Below are positions 12,942 to 13,387 of a stretch of DNA of 13,387 nucleotides, piece after piece. The position numbers and the translations under genes were made by a program. The DNA lies in IMG/VR virus record IMGVR_UViG_3300045988_085209, positions 1-13,387 of that record, one strand, 5' to 3'. Position 1 is the first letter of the stretch. Every line of letters starts with the position of its first letter. Below the pieces are notes generated by a model. That model was not told the DNA's origin. It saw only the letters and a program-made list of their open reading frames with translations, and ran no database searches. The stretch comes from a virus.

Positions 12942-13108
12942 CAATCCACCTCCTCGATCATTCCAGATAGGATGATTGCATCATCGTTCAGCTCGAAGAA
13001 CATCTTAGAAAGCTGTGCGGGCATCTCCCGGCCGTCATTAAGAGTTTGGATCAGATCTCTGGTGCTGCGGATCGCTGCGCGGATTACTTTAAGTTCAGTG
13101 TTACTCAT
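12941..13108 (-). CDS. Hypothetical small acidic helical early protein, 55 aa (not in the ORF track)
   Basis: This is the first gene of the right arm. ATG 13108 lies 6 nt after the ITR-borne SD. Product: MSNTELKVIRAAIRSTRDLIQTLNDGREMPAQLSKMFFELNDDAIILSGMIEEVD. Stop TGA is at 12943..12941. Confidence 0.6.
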   Translation of the reverse strand: MSNTELKVIRAAIRSTRDLIQTLNDGREMPAQLSKMFFELNDDAIILSGMIEEVD

Positions 13109-13110
13109 AT

Positions 13111-13387
13111 TTACCCTCCTGCCCCTGGGGCTGTAATTGGTTAGGCTTTCGCCTGGAACATCTTTATTATAATATTATGTATGGCTGTTGTAAAATACTT
13201 CTTTCGTTATATGCTTATAGCAGGTTTGCTATATATCAAATTTGTTATATGCTCATAGCTCCTGCGCTATATGCAGGTCTGTGATCTGGGCCGGACATAA
13301 GTAAGTTGGTTGACCAACCAATTTACCAAATGTTAGGTGTAAAGTATGTAAAGGGGAAAACCTTTACACATTTGCCTTATTAGGTAG
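13111..13387. repeat. Right inverted terminal repeat (277 bp)
   Basis: Perfect reverse complement of 1-277. Left position x corresponds to 13388-x. Confidence 0.98.
13166..13194 (-). promoter_or_regulatory. Inward-facing promoter in the right ITR (identical copy)
   Basis: Mirror image of 194-222. On the - strand, TTTACA is at 13194..13189 and TATAAT at 13171..13166. It drives the - strand operon that starts at ATG 13108. Confidence 0.7.

Larger units (their letters stand above)
1..13387. mobile_element. Complete linear dsDNA genome of a small phi29-like protein-primed podophage, bounded by 277-bp ITRs
   Basis: The ITRs reach the first and last base of the window. A protein-primed PolB sits next to a terminal-protein candidate. 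Portal, capsid, tail knob and gp16-like ATPase are phi29-type. No integrase, transposase or Cas1 is present. Almost every gene has a GGAGG-type SD 5-9 nt upstream, and gaps between genes are mostly under 20 nt. Confidence 0.85.

Noticed and set aside
1-13387. Reading the terminal inverted repeats as a transposon, IS element or casposon
   Set aside because: No transposase, integrase or Cas1 is present, and no flanking target DNA or target-site duplication is visible because the repeats reach the window ends. The cargo is a full virion, lysis and protein-primed replication set, so a linear phage genome is the simpler reading.

Overview
The window is a complete linear dsDNA replicon from end to end. 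Perfect 277-bp inverted terminal repeats (1-277 and 13111-13387, checked base by base) enclose 22 tightly packed genes. The gene content is that of a miniature phi29-like, protein-primed podophage of a Gram-positive (GGAGG-SD-using) host. The left arm (+ strand) has four tiny early ORFs, a terminal-protein candidate and a protein-primed family-B DNA polymerase with Exo I-III, motifs A-C and KxY. The right arm (- strand) has three small early ORFs, an OB-fold SSB-like protein and a phi29 gp16-like packaging ATPase. It continues with a BhlA-type holin, an amidase-SPOR endolysin, a scaffold, a gp8-like major capsid protein, a gp9-like tail knob and a gp10-like portal. It ends with a collar candidate, two fibre proteins and a low-GC terminal gene. 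The two arms converge on one bidirectional terminator (3591-3620). Each ITR carries an identical inward-facing TTTACA-N17-TATAAT promoter, leader and Shine-Dalgarno, so two unrelated first genes share the same expression signals. The only sizeable non-ITR intergenic gap (10918-11022) follows an exact-consensus promoter (TTGACA-N16-TATAAT) embedded in the ATPase gene end. That promoter would fire directly into a ~77-nt three-way-junction RNA ending in a U-rich tract, just ahead of the lysis/structural operon. This RNA could be a packaging-RNA analogue or a regulated leader/terminator. Seven genes are under 60 aa and are absent from the supplied ORF track. No tRNA, rRNA, CRISPR, integrase, transposase or Cas1 was seen. 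All homology statements come from by-eye motif recognition, not database searches.
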